Of a stretch of 64,000 nt of DNA, positions 38,501 through 50,032 are shown piece after piece; the stretch's first letter is position 1, and each line of letters opens with the position of its first letter. The notes beneath the pieces were generated by a model that worked only from the letters and a program-made list of their open reading frames with translations, was not told the DNA's origin and made no database searches. The position numbers and the translations under genes are program-made. The stretch is from Marsupella aquatica (taxonomy: Eukaryota; Plantae; Marchantiophyta), in NCBI GenBank assembly GCA_973895155.1, contig OZ316892.1:8908283-8972282 (forward strand), given 5' to 3'.

Positions 38501-41500
38501 TGAAGACGTTAAGGTCTTTTAGTGCAAAATTAATTCCAAACTGTTGCAGTGAGGATAAGCCAATGACATTATCATGACTTGTGAAACACTTGGGGTCTGG
38601 TTTGTGAAGACCTTGTGTCACCAGGGTGTCATCATGAACATTTTAAAACACAAATTGTCACTATGAAACTAGGAAGAAGATGGGAAGACAAAGGCTAAAA
38701 TAAATGATTAACAATTTACCCAACCAATCAGCAAGTGGGGTTTTCTTGTTCATACAGGTTTTTTCCTTTATCATACCATGTTTAACTTTTGCATGATTAA
38801 TTACTTATAGTAGAAAAAGCTACTTTACAAAGAAAATACTAGGCTCGTCATTAAGGATATTTCTATATGTTAGTTTTGTGTGTTATTTTTAAGCCACTAT
38901 TTTCTTAAGCTCTTAAAAAAGGAGAGTAGAAACCATATAATGAATTTGTAAAACTGGTTGGGAAGAAAAATGTATATTCTATCTATTGTGCATTGTAGAT
39001 ACCTCTAAACTGAAAGACTGAGTTTTGATTTGTAGACACTAAGTTCAATCTCAAGCATTTAGTTTGTAAATCCAAGATAGAGAAAGTGTCAAACCTGGAT
39101 GGGATCACAAGGCTCACAAAGCCTTGTGGTTGTATTCCATATGGGTTTATCAATATATTTTGTTGAACAATCTGCTTTCTTTGCACAAAATGTGTAGTGT
39201 CGCAAAATCTGCACAAATGAAGTATTAACAAGAACTTTAGGGGTTTGTGTCAGTCATCAATTAGTTTAAGAAAAATCAGATTTGAGAATGTTTGAGGGGA
39301 TTGACCAACGAGAAACCCCACCTGGGAGAAAAGATAATTTTCTTGTTCATTGCGGGTGACACATTGCTTGGTATCATTAATAAAAAGGCTACAACTAATA
39401 TACTATCGTTTGCTTTTGATTACCTCTGTGGTAAATTTCATTGTTCGGTTGCTGCAACAACCCATAAAGCTTTTGCTAATAATGACCCAAACAAATGGCG
39501 GGGTTTTTGCCTTCCCTGCCTCCTCCCTTTTCCCAGAAAAAATTTAAAAAATTACACACACAAAAGTACAAATTGAGGAAGTTTCAAAATACCTTTATCT
39601 CTTCATCAACTGAACAAGACACACAATGTGGTTTGTGTGCCCCGGCCCCATCTGGCCTTGAGACACAATATCCTGATGTCATGCAAAAATAGCTTAGTAA
39701 TCAAAGACTACAGACTGTATTGTCAGTCTTTTGTTTCATGCATCTGGTTAGGATAATTTTTGCATTGAGAAAAATCCCTCTAAAATAATTTGCCTACAAA
39801 CACCCTTATTGTTTTACTTCTGTTCTGTTGCACATCTGTTTAGGGGGAGGATTGCAAATTTTGTGTCAAGGCTATTTGAAATGATATGTGAACAAATGAT
39901 CTTGTTGCCCTCATGTTCTGTTTTTGCACATCTGATCATGAAGAGAAACAAAATTTCCTTTGGTTTTGAAATAATGCTTGATCAAATGGTCTTACTGCCC
40001 ATTCCAGGTTACATGGCTTGTACATTAAGTTCTATTGCTGTAAAAGAATTGAATAAAAGGGGTTGTTTTAAAGCAATATGGCAAGCTCAATAATATGCTA
40101 CGACATCTTTGATTCCCACAACTGCAGCTATCTAAAATCCATATATGTTTTCTTTTTGCAAATTGGAGTCCATGTTTAATTCCTGTATGTTTGAGTGGAT
40201 GCCAAAAGATCAACACCCAAAGTAACTAAACAGTTAGAATGTACAAGTTACTTTGTCTGTTCACAGGGTCCTCGGGGTCACGCCATAATTTTGTGTCTCG
40301 GAATGAGTAATGTTCCCCTGACATTTCTAGTTCTTGTCAATGAAGACCTGGAAGACATCAAAATTTATTCATTGAATGTCTCTTTCAGATTAGGTGGCAG
40401 GGTACGTTTTATTTCTCAAGTCTCAATGACACATTGTATGCTTGGTAGAAAAATTATGCCATGAGCTTGACTAGTTGCAGTATCAAGAGTACTCTTGTAA
40501 GCAAAACAAATTTGGTAAGTTGCAGAAGGATTCTGAACCTAATCTTGATCACTTGGCAAGCTATGCTGGAGAGAACTGCAGCTAAATCCTGGGATTTAGT
40601 TTTCATGTAAGCAAGTAAACTGCTTCTAACTATGTGGGTGTAGTTGATAGTATGATAATCCAGTAAAGCAAATTTGCTTCATTTTGTTAGCATAGATTGA
40701 TGTACCAAAGAGACCTTTTTCTCAATGGATTGGACTATATACCCACTTCAATGGCAAGTCACTATTGCTGCATTGCCTTCAAATAAACCCTATGAGGAAC
40801 TGGGCTGAAATTTAAGCCTTGTCCTATGTACAATGGCTGATGATAATTGTCACTTCACTCAATTTTAACTTGGCTTCCACCAAAATTACTGCTACCACAA
40901 CAAGAATCTGCTATGAACTGGTCAGGCAAATTTGGATTACCTAAGAAGAAGCAGCATTTGTTGGTTGCTTCAAAGAAGATCCAGTTTGTTGAAGGGGGAG
41001 CATATAGGGGGTCTAAGCAAGTTATTTAGTATAGTTTTGCATTGCTTAGAACACCAGTCAGGACTAACTGTGGCCATTCAATCTCCAACATGGTGAACTC
41101 CTTCTATGTATTCTAGAGTACCCTTTGCCTGTCACTCCTCACCACCACGACCAAAAAATGGAGAAGAAGAAGAAAAAAAGTAAAGAAAATAAAGTACAAA
41201 CTCGATCATGAATCACAATAAATTTTCTTGGTGGGTCCTAGCCTAACATGTTAAAACCCAGCTTGGTGATATAAACTTTTGCAATACTTTCTTGGTTGGT
41301 CACAAGCAATCATGAGTTTCTTTGTGCGGTGCGGGGTACTCTCCCCAAATGCGGGTGTGAAAAAGAAGTCAGAGGACCTGGGAGGGAAAACATTGTGAGG
41401 TAGAGTCAGCTAATTTCAGACTTTGAATTTTGTCATGAAGGAAGGGAGAGGACTTTGCCGTCAATGCAATTTGGGCCTCTCCCTCTTCTAACTACTACTA

Positions 41501-42480
41501 AAGTATTGTCTGCGTCACACAAGAACCTCACTACCCCTGTTGGTAATCACACATCAAACTGCGGCTGCATTCATTGATTGAAAGAAAAAAACTAGGATTA
41601 TCACGGTATGCAGGGGTGCCATACATAATATATGTCATATTTTGATGTGCAGTTACCGAGACCCCCTCACTACCCACCAAGTGCACGTGTGCCTCATCAA
41701 GCTGGGTTTTGTTGTGTGGGGTCCATCCGGATAATTTCTCCTGGACTAGGAATCACACAAAGTCTACTTGAAGACAATATTAATCAAGAGGGTAACCAAC
41801 CCACTAGAGTGTAATCAAGAGGGTAACCCACCCACTAGAGTGGGTTATGGGCTGAAATATGATGTGATGGGAGCCAATCAGAGAGCACTAGTACTGTTGT
41901 ACTAGATAGTGTTGTGCACCACAACATAAAAGAAACCTATTTTCTGAAGCAACTTTTAACAACATTGCCATTAAATAACAACATTGCCATTAAAAAAGTT
42001 CTAAATTACAATACTGTCATTGTTTTTATTGTATTTACAAATGTCATTATTTTTTGTATATTCTTACCTTTTTTTACTTTGTTGAACTTGTCTTTTTATA
42101 CAAAACCATGGCATATTTGTAAATACAAAAAAGTCATGGCAGTATTATTAATTTGACTATCTTACGTGGTAAAGCAATTAAAAGCTGTTATCTGAAGTAA
42201 TCATGCTTTAGTCCATGAAATATTAGTTTAGGGTTTACCCTACACCCTCCCCCCCCCCCTCCCTCCCACACACACACACAACAACAAAATGTCACCACAT
42301 TGCTTGATATCTACTCAAGGCCATAATAACTGCCTGTGTGCAAAAGAGTGCAGTTGCATTATTGCACAGCGTCTCAAACAATATGGCCAAGAATCAAAAT
42401 TGGGCCCCTGGGTTATACCATGCAATGAATCAATGGTAAATGCTGATCCGTGCCAGTAACTTATATTTAAATCATGGAAT

Positions 42481-42965
42481 CATGGGGCCAGACTGGCAAG
42501 GAGGTTGTAGCTGATAACCTTAAATGAAAATACAAAGGAAGACTTACAAGGAGGGTTCATGAGACTCAGGACTCCCTGGCCAGGCTAAGGGGTAGCTTAG
42601 GACCTCCCCGAAACTACAAAGGAAAAGAGATTCAAGGGGGTTATGAACCAAAATTTAAATCACAGAATCTTGGGGCCAGGTTGGTGAGGAGGTTATGACT
42701 CATATCCTTGAATGAAAATACAAAGGAAGTGCCCACAAGGAGGTTCACGAGACTCAAAACCCCCCCTTAAACTACAAAAGAAAAGAGAGAGGAGAGGGTT
42801 ACAAACCCAAGTTAAATTCAGAAACCATGGGGCCAGGCTGGCAAGGAGGTTATGCCTCATATCCTTGAATGAAAATACAAAAGGAAGACTCACAAGGAGG
42901 GTTCACCAGACTCTACAACCTCCTGGCCAGAGGGTTACAACTTGGGACCTCCCTTGAAACTACAA
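42481..42965. repeat. Three degenerate ~160-190 bp tandem units upstream of ClpF
   Basis: tggggccag..ggcaaggaggtt...tgaaaatacaaaggaag...acaaggagggttca...aaactacaaa recurs at ~42481, ~42670 and ~42827. Confidence 0.8.
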
Positions 42966-43581
42966 ACTAAAAGAGAGTCAGCCCTTGGTAACGAGAGAAA
43001 AAGAAGGAACACCCACCACCTCACAAATCCTAGCAGCACCAGGACCTCCTCCCAGCCTTTCCACTCTCCCTCATCCACGAAGAGAAGAGCATAGAAGAAA
43101 GAGGAGGAGCCCTGGGTGGGGGGGACCTGGGCCACCACCACGTTACCTTCTGGCCCAGAGGTTGTATGGATGAAATTTGTCAGCATTTTCCCTCAGTCAG
43201 CACATCCCCCTCCCCCCTCCTGAACCCACCTTCCCCATCTACCCCAGCTTGTTGTGTTGTGTTGTGTTGTGTGCAGAATTCAAACACATTGATGTCCAAC
43301 AAAGCTCCAAGAATTGTAGACTAGTTTGATTTTGCTTGTTCGAAGTTTACAGAGAGAGACTGAATGGAAGGATGGTTCGATGAATGAATGAGCGGATGAA
43401 TGAATGAATCTGCATCAGCTTTGCCTATTGGCTGCTGAAGAGGTGTACAGGCTTTTGGGCCTCACCACCTGAATTGGGGATGGTGCGGGGGACATGCAGT
43501 GGTTGGTGTATTGCCCACCAAATGAAGGCAAGATTTAGGGCTTGATTTGGCATTCTCTCGTCCGACTGGTGGGTCGCTTTC

Positions 43582-46500
43582 ATGGCTGCCGGGGCTTCCT
43601 GCATCTGTGCCCATGGGGCATCAGTAGCTGCTGCAAGGGGGGCTGGCGGTGGCTATGGTAGGAGAGGACGAACAGCGAATTCGCTTGCAAATTGCAATTC
43701 GACGAGGTGGGGAGGTCATGGGAACTTGTTGTCGGTGTCCAGCTGGAGTGCTGGGGGGGGCCTAAATCATCATCATCGCCACTTGCCAATTTGTGCTGCT
43801 GTTGGAAATGGGGGCGACGATGAGCGTGGCAGTAGTACGAGGAGGAGGGTCGCAGTGTCGGAGCGCAGCGAGGTCTGCAATGAAGAGCTTTTGCTTTTCC
43901 TGTTCCAATTGGATCTTGCTACGCGGTTACAGGTGATCGATTCCTTCTTGTGTAAATGATGATATAGAGGTCGTCTACTACAAGCATAGAAACCTCTGTT
44001 CTACAGATATTCAATTGCACTTGTGAAAGATTAAAACTCTGCCTAGTGAAATGGACCGGGTCGCCATCTGGAGGAGGTTCAGGTTCTCGTTCTGTCCACA
44101 TAATTGCGTGCATGTGGTCAAATTGCAGAAGAGTAACAAATCTCCTGTTTGGCAATTGTTCAAACGATGTAATACCTTTTGATGTTTGGTCGGGGTTGGC
44201 AACGTGCATCCATCGGGACTGTGAATTGGGCTACATTTTGCAGTACTGGTTTCCAATCTACCCTTTCCTCAGATTGTTTTCCTCTCCCTCTCATGCCCGG
44301 ATTTCGGAAATCATCTGAAGATCTGGAGTTTTATCCCCAAAATCCCAAAACTTGGTGACGGGGAGGGTGAACTTTCCCTTCCAGTCCGTCTTGTTTTTTT
44401 GAAATAGGCTGTTGACGAAGGTGTATCTACGAATTGTGTCATTCATCTCTTTTGGGACCACCTTTTTTAGCATAAACTGTAGAGACCTGGTGTAGACCCT
44501 CACCCCCAGTCTCCATGATCCCTCGAATGAGAGTGGAACTACTTCATCACTAAACCAGAGTTTTGGTGAATAAGGCCTAGCCTTAGTAGGTTCAACTGTT
44601 GCTGTGCAGCAATTGTGACACTGCTTCGGCAGTGACAGCTTTCTTGAAGTTGAGAATCCTGGTCGTGATCTGCTCCCGCATTCGTCTCATTTCACACATT
44701 TATTACCTTCTGGGAGTTTTAAATGAGATCTGATTGTGAATCAAAGATTAAAAGAGAAAGCTTGCCTACTTTGATGTTTAGGAATATTTGTGTGACTTGC
44801 AGCGTGCTTTGAATAGTGAACAGTATGAAGCGGCTCAGCAGCTCCGGGAAAAGATAGCAGAGGTGCATGTCTTTCCCTCGTGAATTCAATCTTTGGTACT
44901 GTTCTTGCATTTCAGTTAACGGGTAACACTCACGTGAATTAGTATGAGAATTTGATTGGAGTTATGATTTAAAAAGATATGGATTGGTCTTTGGTACCTG
45001 TCTTCAGGTAGACGAAGAGGTAGCACGACAAAGGGAAGAGAAAGTGGGGTCTGTCTCATCTAAAGATGAAGCCCAAGATTCAGCTTTAACAGTTTTGCGC
45101 CTAAAGTAATCTCTACAAACCCCAAACGAAAACCGCTTTAGTTTCCATATCTTTGTGCTCAATTTTGAAGGGATCTCAAGGAGCTAACACTTTTGGTGAG
45201 CACATAGCTATCGTTTTTCAGCAATGACTTTGTGTGCCTGTCTATTGAATCGGCCAACCAGTTTATCCATACACAAACTTGGGATTTGAAATTGTGCAAG
45301 TTTTCCTTCTGTATTCCTCTTCAAATGCATTTGCCTTCGCCATTCCATGCTGGAGCTTCTGCCCCAGTGCTTCTCCTTGCTTTTTGGGCCTTCATGGACA
45401 ATAAACTAGTCATAACGCAGAAGGATGTTTGTTGGAGTAATGTCTACCGACGACTCAAGCAGTGTGTTCTTGTCGCATCTCCAGGGCAGAGCTTCAAACA
45501 GCCATTGACGGAGAAGACTATGTGGGTGCAGCTCAATTACGAGATAGAATCTCCAAGCTTGAGGTATGCGTGCCAACAAATTCACCTGCTATCTAGTGCT
45601 ATTTGCATACTTGTTGCGCGTTCTCGCAATTTTAAAAACTGCTGTGGCTAATCTGCAATGAGTTCTACATCTTGGCTAAGGATATTCTTAAGTTGGCAGG
45701 ACTTAGGTTGCAAAATGTGTCAATTCATTTGATAGTCGCCTTTCTGAGGGAACTTTCATGGTTGCAGTCTGCAGCGCTGGCAGCCTCTGCAAGGGCTTTA
45801 GTTTATCAGAATCTGAAATATACATACCGATTAGGTCAACGTGTCAAGCACAAGATCTATGGTATGCTTTTGATTATTTTGGAGCATATGAAAGTTGCCT
45901 GGTTGTGAAGGTAGTTGTAGCATTTTGAGGCAGCATAATTTGTTTTTTTGGCTTCAATTGTGGTAAGAAACTTCTCGAGTTGTACTCTCATTTTTGAGGT
46001 TTCAAACTCGGCTTTTCCTGAGCTCAGGTTATCTTGGAGTGGTTTGTGGGATGGATCCAACTTGCTGTGAGTCTGGAGACTGGGTCAAAGGTGCTAGTGT
46101 TGATCAGCTGCCGAGGGGAAGAAATCAACCTTTCTACCAGGTACGATATTAGATGCCACTATTTGATATGCTAATCAGACAAAGAAGGTAACAGAAATGG
46201 CATACTTGTCATACTTTTGAGCAAGTCTGAACATTCTTAGTATGAGAATTTGTAGAATGACAGGTTACAATTTGCAACGACAGTGAGCTTGAATAGTGAT
46301 TGCTTGACATAGAATTTATTTTGAGGTTCCAGGTGTTGGTGGACGTTCATGAGCAACCTTCCTTGTTGGTTGCCTATGGTAAGTCAAAGCTGTTGGCAAT
46401 CCACTTGCAAGAGTTTTCATTTGTTCCTGATCGAGTGAAATCAATTACAGTTTATTGTTGATATACCTGTACAGCTGGCTGGTTCTCTAAAGCCTGTATG

Positions 46501-47124
46501 TAGACTCTACATGTTTATATATACATTTAGTTTGCTGTTGACTATTACTTCCTTTTAGGATCTACCTTGAGTTCGTTTATTGACGATGTGTGGAAGGTGC
46601 CTTGAGCTTTTAATAAATTGAAGGGTAAAACTACACAAGGGAATGCAGGGGCATACGTTTTCCTTATTGTTACGCATAATTGCGCCAGATTCCTGCACTG
46701 AAAGTGTCTGATTTCATTTCCACTGGCATTGCAGTCGCTGAAGACAATTTAGTTGCTCTGGAAGACGGTGCCAAGATTGTAAGTAATTCCTGTGACTCAA
46801 AAGGGAAGCTCTCTGTTGGTGTGGTCGGGGACCAGTTTGAGGTTTTGGCTTTGAGTCCCAGTTTAAACTTCATACAAGGGCTTTTTCAACCCAGTTCTTT
46901 GGTGTAGCAAACCACAATATTTTACGAAGTATGTGGACTAACCAGAGATTGCGTTACTGCAGGAACGCTTTGATCATCCATACACGTACTTTTTATTCTT
47001 TGGCATGGACAGTAAGGGGGACTTCATACCATCTAAGCAGCTCAGAGAGAAGTATAATGCAGCTCGACATGAATTGCCGTGGGATGAAGAAGATGAGTCC
47101 CCTGATGGTGGTGGATCTCCATGA
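43582..47124 (+). CDS. CLPF: Chloroplast Clp protease adaptor ClpF (UVR + YccV-like domains), 9 exons
   Basis: Exons 43582-43932, 44803-44862, 45008-45105, 45485-45563, 45768-45861, 46028-46140, 46333-46378, 46735-46778, 46963-47124. Transit-peptide-like N-terminus, then SERSEVCNEELLLFLFQLDLATRLQ, EQYEAAQQLRE, EDYVGAAQLRD, YRLGQRVKHK, VCGMDP, QPFYQVLVD, YVAEDNL, RFDHPY, KQLREKYN. Confidence 0.95.
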
Positions 47125-48149
47125 TTTGAATGTTTCTTGAAACATTTTGAGTCATGGGTACCGTCTTCAATCTCAGGCAGGAGGATTTGATATTAAGCAA
47201 AGCACTACGCATTGTGTATCATTTGCAACGATGATACGTGGCCCCACAACTCAGAATGACCTTTGACCCGGAAAGGAAATTGCCAATCCTCCCCTTCGTT
47301 GCGAATGGTGGTGAGGCTTGAACGAGGACCAACGGCGGTTAGATCATAGGATGAAAATTTCTTCACAAGAAATTCGTCACAGAGAAAATAGTTGTCGTAG
47401 ATTATTGATACTTAGGAAAATCTTTGTTCTCACGAATGTCAAGGGATGACGAAAAAATTAATTAGACACGTAAACCTCGCAAGTCTTGCGAGCTCTTTTA
47501 GTTGGTGACACACATTCAGTATGCAGGAATGGACCAGCCTCTGTACAGTTGCTACCGTCTTGCCGTCCTATGCCGTGGATGTTAAGAGCAGCAAACTTGA
47601 TAGACCGAGGTCGTCTGGTCCAGATAGATGGACCCAAACAAGCTGTCGCGAGTGAACACATGGAAGTTCATAGTAGGGTAACTCCCCTTCTGTTGAGGGA
47701 CACATGCAAGCATTTGTTCTCAGCAGATTGTGATATGAAGTATGGTGTAGAAACATATGAATTAATTCAGATCAAACGGAAATCCAATCGGCCCGCAAAT
47801 GAGAATCAATCCCAGGTGAATGTCCGAGGAGAATCTAGCAAAAGGAAAGTTGCGAATTTGATGAAGAATCAGAAACATCTACGATGTTGTAGGTCACTTT
47901 GTATCTCGGGACGGGCAAGACGATGCCATCGCTAAGAGTCCAAGGAAAAAAGGCTCTAAAATTGCTATATCAATAGATCCAACGCCACACAACCGTGAAA
48001 ACATTCTCTAGAAACAATGTAGAGAGCCATCTTAAAGTGGTATTGAGAAAATGAGGTCCATTGGACGGAACCAGAACAAATGAAGTCTGGACTACAAAAA
48101 AGCCATTTAAACTGCTACTAACGGGGGCTACCAGGAGTGATGAGTTCCA

Positions 48150-49964
48150 CTATATTATGTGGTACACATTCAGACAAGAGAGACCAACGAACGCCAACCA
48201 TAAAAATAAGAAAAATGCAGACGATGCCCTAGCCCAATTCCGGGGCCCACCTAGCTCTGCCCCTAGATAATATCTCCTCGCCATCACCACAACCCAGCAA
48301 AGCGCAAACGTAATAAAGTAGACGAGGAGCGAAAAACTAAGTCCGGATGTCGCCATCTCGAGACCCTTCTTGAGCTTCAGTCGATTGTATAAAACTTGAA
48401 TGAGCCACGGTATTCCAATCCCCACAAACACGTTTATGCAGTTGCTGGTGTTGATGTTGGCAAAACCGGAATCAGCACTTGTTCTATGTGCAACAGCAAT
48501 TTTGGTGGATACCAGATCAGGCCATGAAGTGCCACTTGCCAAAATCGTGATTGCAATAACATATTCTTTGATCCCTGAAACACAACCCAAAAGATTGGCC
48601 AGCTGGATGGCAATTGCCGATATCCCTGTGACGCAGACAAGTGCACAGACAAACGAAGGCCACCCATGCCACAGATCTACAGGTGTGATGACAAAGGAAA
48701 ACAGCACCCTCCAGAAAAATGTGAAGGCATGCCTAAGCAAAACGGCAATGCTGGGGACCTCCTTGCCGATTCCATCAGGAGAACGTGGCACACTCATTGC
48801 ATGATACACCTGCGCCCTCCATTTGTCTCTTAAAGAAAAATCGCTGAGTTGCCCTTCCAACAAATCCGAGTGCATCAGGAGAACAGCTGGAGAATCCGTC
48901 GGTACCTCGCCACTACACGGGTACTCCACCTCTCGAACCCCATCAGCTTGATGATGCCCTTGTTGAGATGACATTACACCCAGCTCAGTCGTCGAACTTC
49001 GATTCTGTGAGGGCTGTCGTAGAAGATTCTCATAATGAAACCAATCAGAGAACCAATTTGGTTTCTGACTTCCTCCAGAAGCTGACGTATAATCTTCATC
49101 AGACTGCTGTTGCTTCGACTCAATGCCATGCACACCAGTAAAATGGACCCATTCTGCCGCCTTTCTATACCAAAAGGCCAGAGAAACATATGACCAACCC
49201 CTATCCTCCGCATAAGCATGTAAAATCAGCAAAGGAAACTGCAAAACTGTAAAACAAGCCTCCCACACGTCAATCCTGTTGGGCGATGACAGCTTTAGCA
49301 TAAAGTAGAGCCAAATGTAAGCCCAAATTGACCAAACCAACTCCACGATGAAAACCCCCATCTTTTCTATGCGTCTCACTACCCCATGCTTGGGTACGAG
49401 CACACACACAGCCAGAATCGGGAACAAATTGAATGCAGCTGAACCCACCAGCGTCCCTGGACCCACACCCCCAATGGAGAAGTCTCCCAGATGCTGAACA
49501 GAGTCGATAATGGCTAGTGAGATTTGAGGAGAGCTGGTCCCCAATGCAAGTAGAGTGATATCTGCCACTGTGGTATTCCATATTTTCTCCCTCCTCAACT
49601 CCGTGGCGCCTGTAAGAGGATCCTTCCTCGCCACCTGCCTCGTCTGCTTCACGACGTTCTCCATTGCTTCCATGTATTTAGCCGTAATGGTCGCCAGGCC
49701 GATGAAGCAGTACAAAAGACCAAATGCATAGAGAAATCCACGAGTTTCGTACCTCCATGTGTTCTCTGCCGGGAGGAGCAGGTAGCTGCTGCAACCCTCC
49801 CTGCTCCGCGTTGTGTTGTCTTTCGGCAGGCTGAAGATCTCGAGGAGAAATCCTGTTGCTGTTGTGCTTTCATGGCAACCCCAACCCGAGCCTATCAGAC
49901 TGCAGAGATCCGAGGCAGATGGATTTTGCGCGGAAGAGACATTTTGCCCACCGACATTTGCCAT
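48150..49964 (-). CDS. MHX: Magnesium/proton exchanger (CaCA superfamily, MHX clade), single coding exon
   Basis: Uninterrupted ORF. The first ATG is at 49964; the ORF track starts at a GTG at 49979. Motifs: LYCFIGLATIT, EKIWNTTVADITLLALGTSSPQ (alpha-1), GPGTLVGSAAF, ASGTSWPDL (alpha-2), ADS, GIGIPW, GAELGGPR. Confidence 0.95.
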   Translation of the reverse strand: MANVGGQNVSSAQNPSASDLCSLIGSGWGCHESTTATGFLLEIFSLPKDNTTRSREGCSSYLLLPAENTWRYETRGFLYAFGLLYCFIGLATITAKYMEAMENVVKQTRQVARKDPLTGATELRREKIWNTTVADITLLALGTSSPQISLAIIDSVQHLGDFSIGGVGPGTLVGSAAFNLFPILAVCVLVPKHGVVRRIEKMGVFIVELVWSIWAYIWLYFMLKLSSPNRIDVWEACFTVLQFPLLILHAYAEDRGWSYVSLAFWYRKAAEWVHFTGVHGIESKQQQSDEDYTSASGGSQKPNWFSDWFHYENLLRQPSQNRSSTTELGVMSSQQGHHQADGVREVEYPCSGEVPTDSPAVLLMHSDLLEGQLSDFSLRDKWRAQVYHAMSVPRSPDGIGKEVPSIAVLLRHAFTFFWRVLFSFVITPVDLWHGWPSFVCALVCVTGISAIAIQLANLLGCVSGIKEYVIAITILASGTSWPDLVSTKIAVAHRTSADSGFANINTSNCINVFVGIGIPWLIQVLYNRLKLKKGLEMATSGLSFSLLVYFITFALCWVVVMARRYYLGAELGGPRNWARASSAFFLFLWLAFVGLSCLNVYHII

Positions 49965-49975
49965 GCTCTTCCCCT

Positions 49976-50032
49976 TCACCTATGCGATCGCCTCATCTCC
50001 GGGCAAGATTACACAGAGCGCGTGCTCGCCAT
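49976..50032 (-). promoter_or_regulatory. Two short uORFs (MASTRSV*, MRRSHR*) just upstream of the MHX ATG
   Basis: ATG 50032 to TAA 50009, and ATG 49996 to TGA 49976, which ends 11 nt before ATG 49964. Confidence 0.55.

Larger units (their letters stand above)
33270..41090 (-). pseudogene. Large multi-exon orphan gene of unrecognised family, inactivated by many nonsense transitions
   Basis: Consecutive AG/GT-bounded exons with matching phases: ~40132-39996, 39692-39593, 39515-39322, ~39171-39003, 38668-38468, ~38376-38213, 37872-37636 (79 codons, fully open), ~37429-37291. Further exon-like blocks lie at 41090-40250 and 36700-33270. In-frame stops occur e.g. at 40087, 40009, 39403 and 38303. 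Outer boundaries are approximate. Confidence 0.75.

Noticed and set aside
33270-41090. LTR-retrotransposon or LINE internal domain
   Set aside because: No gag, RT (YxDD), RNase H or integrase motif was found by eye, and the sequence has many spliceosomal introns.
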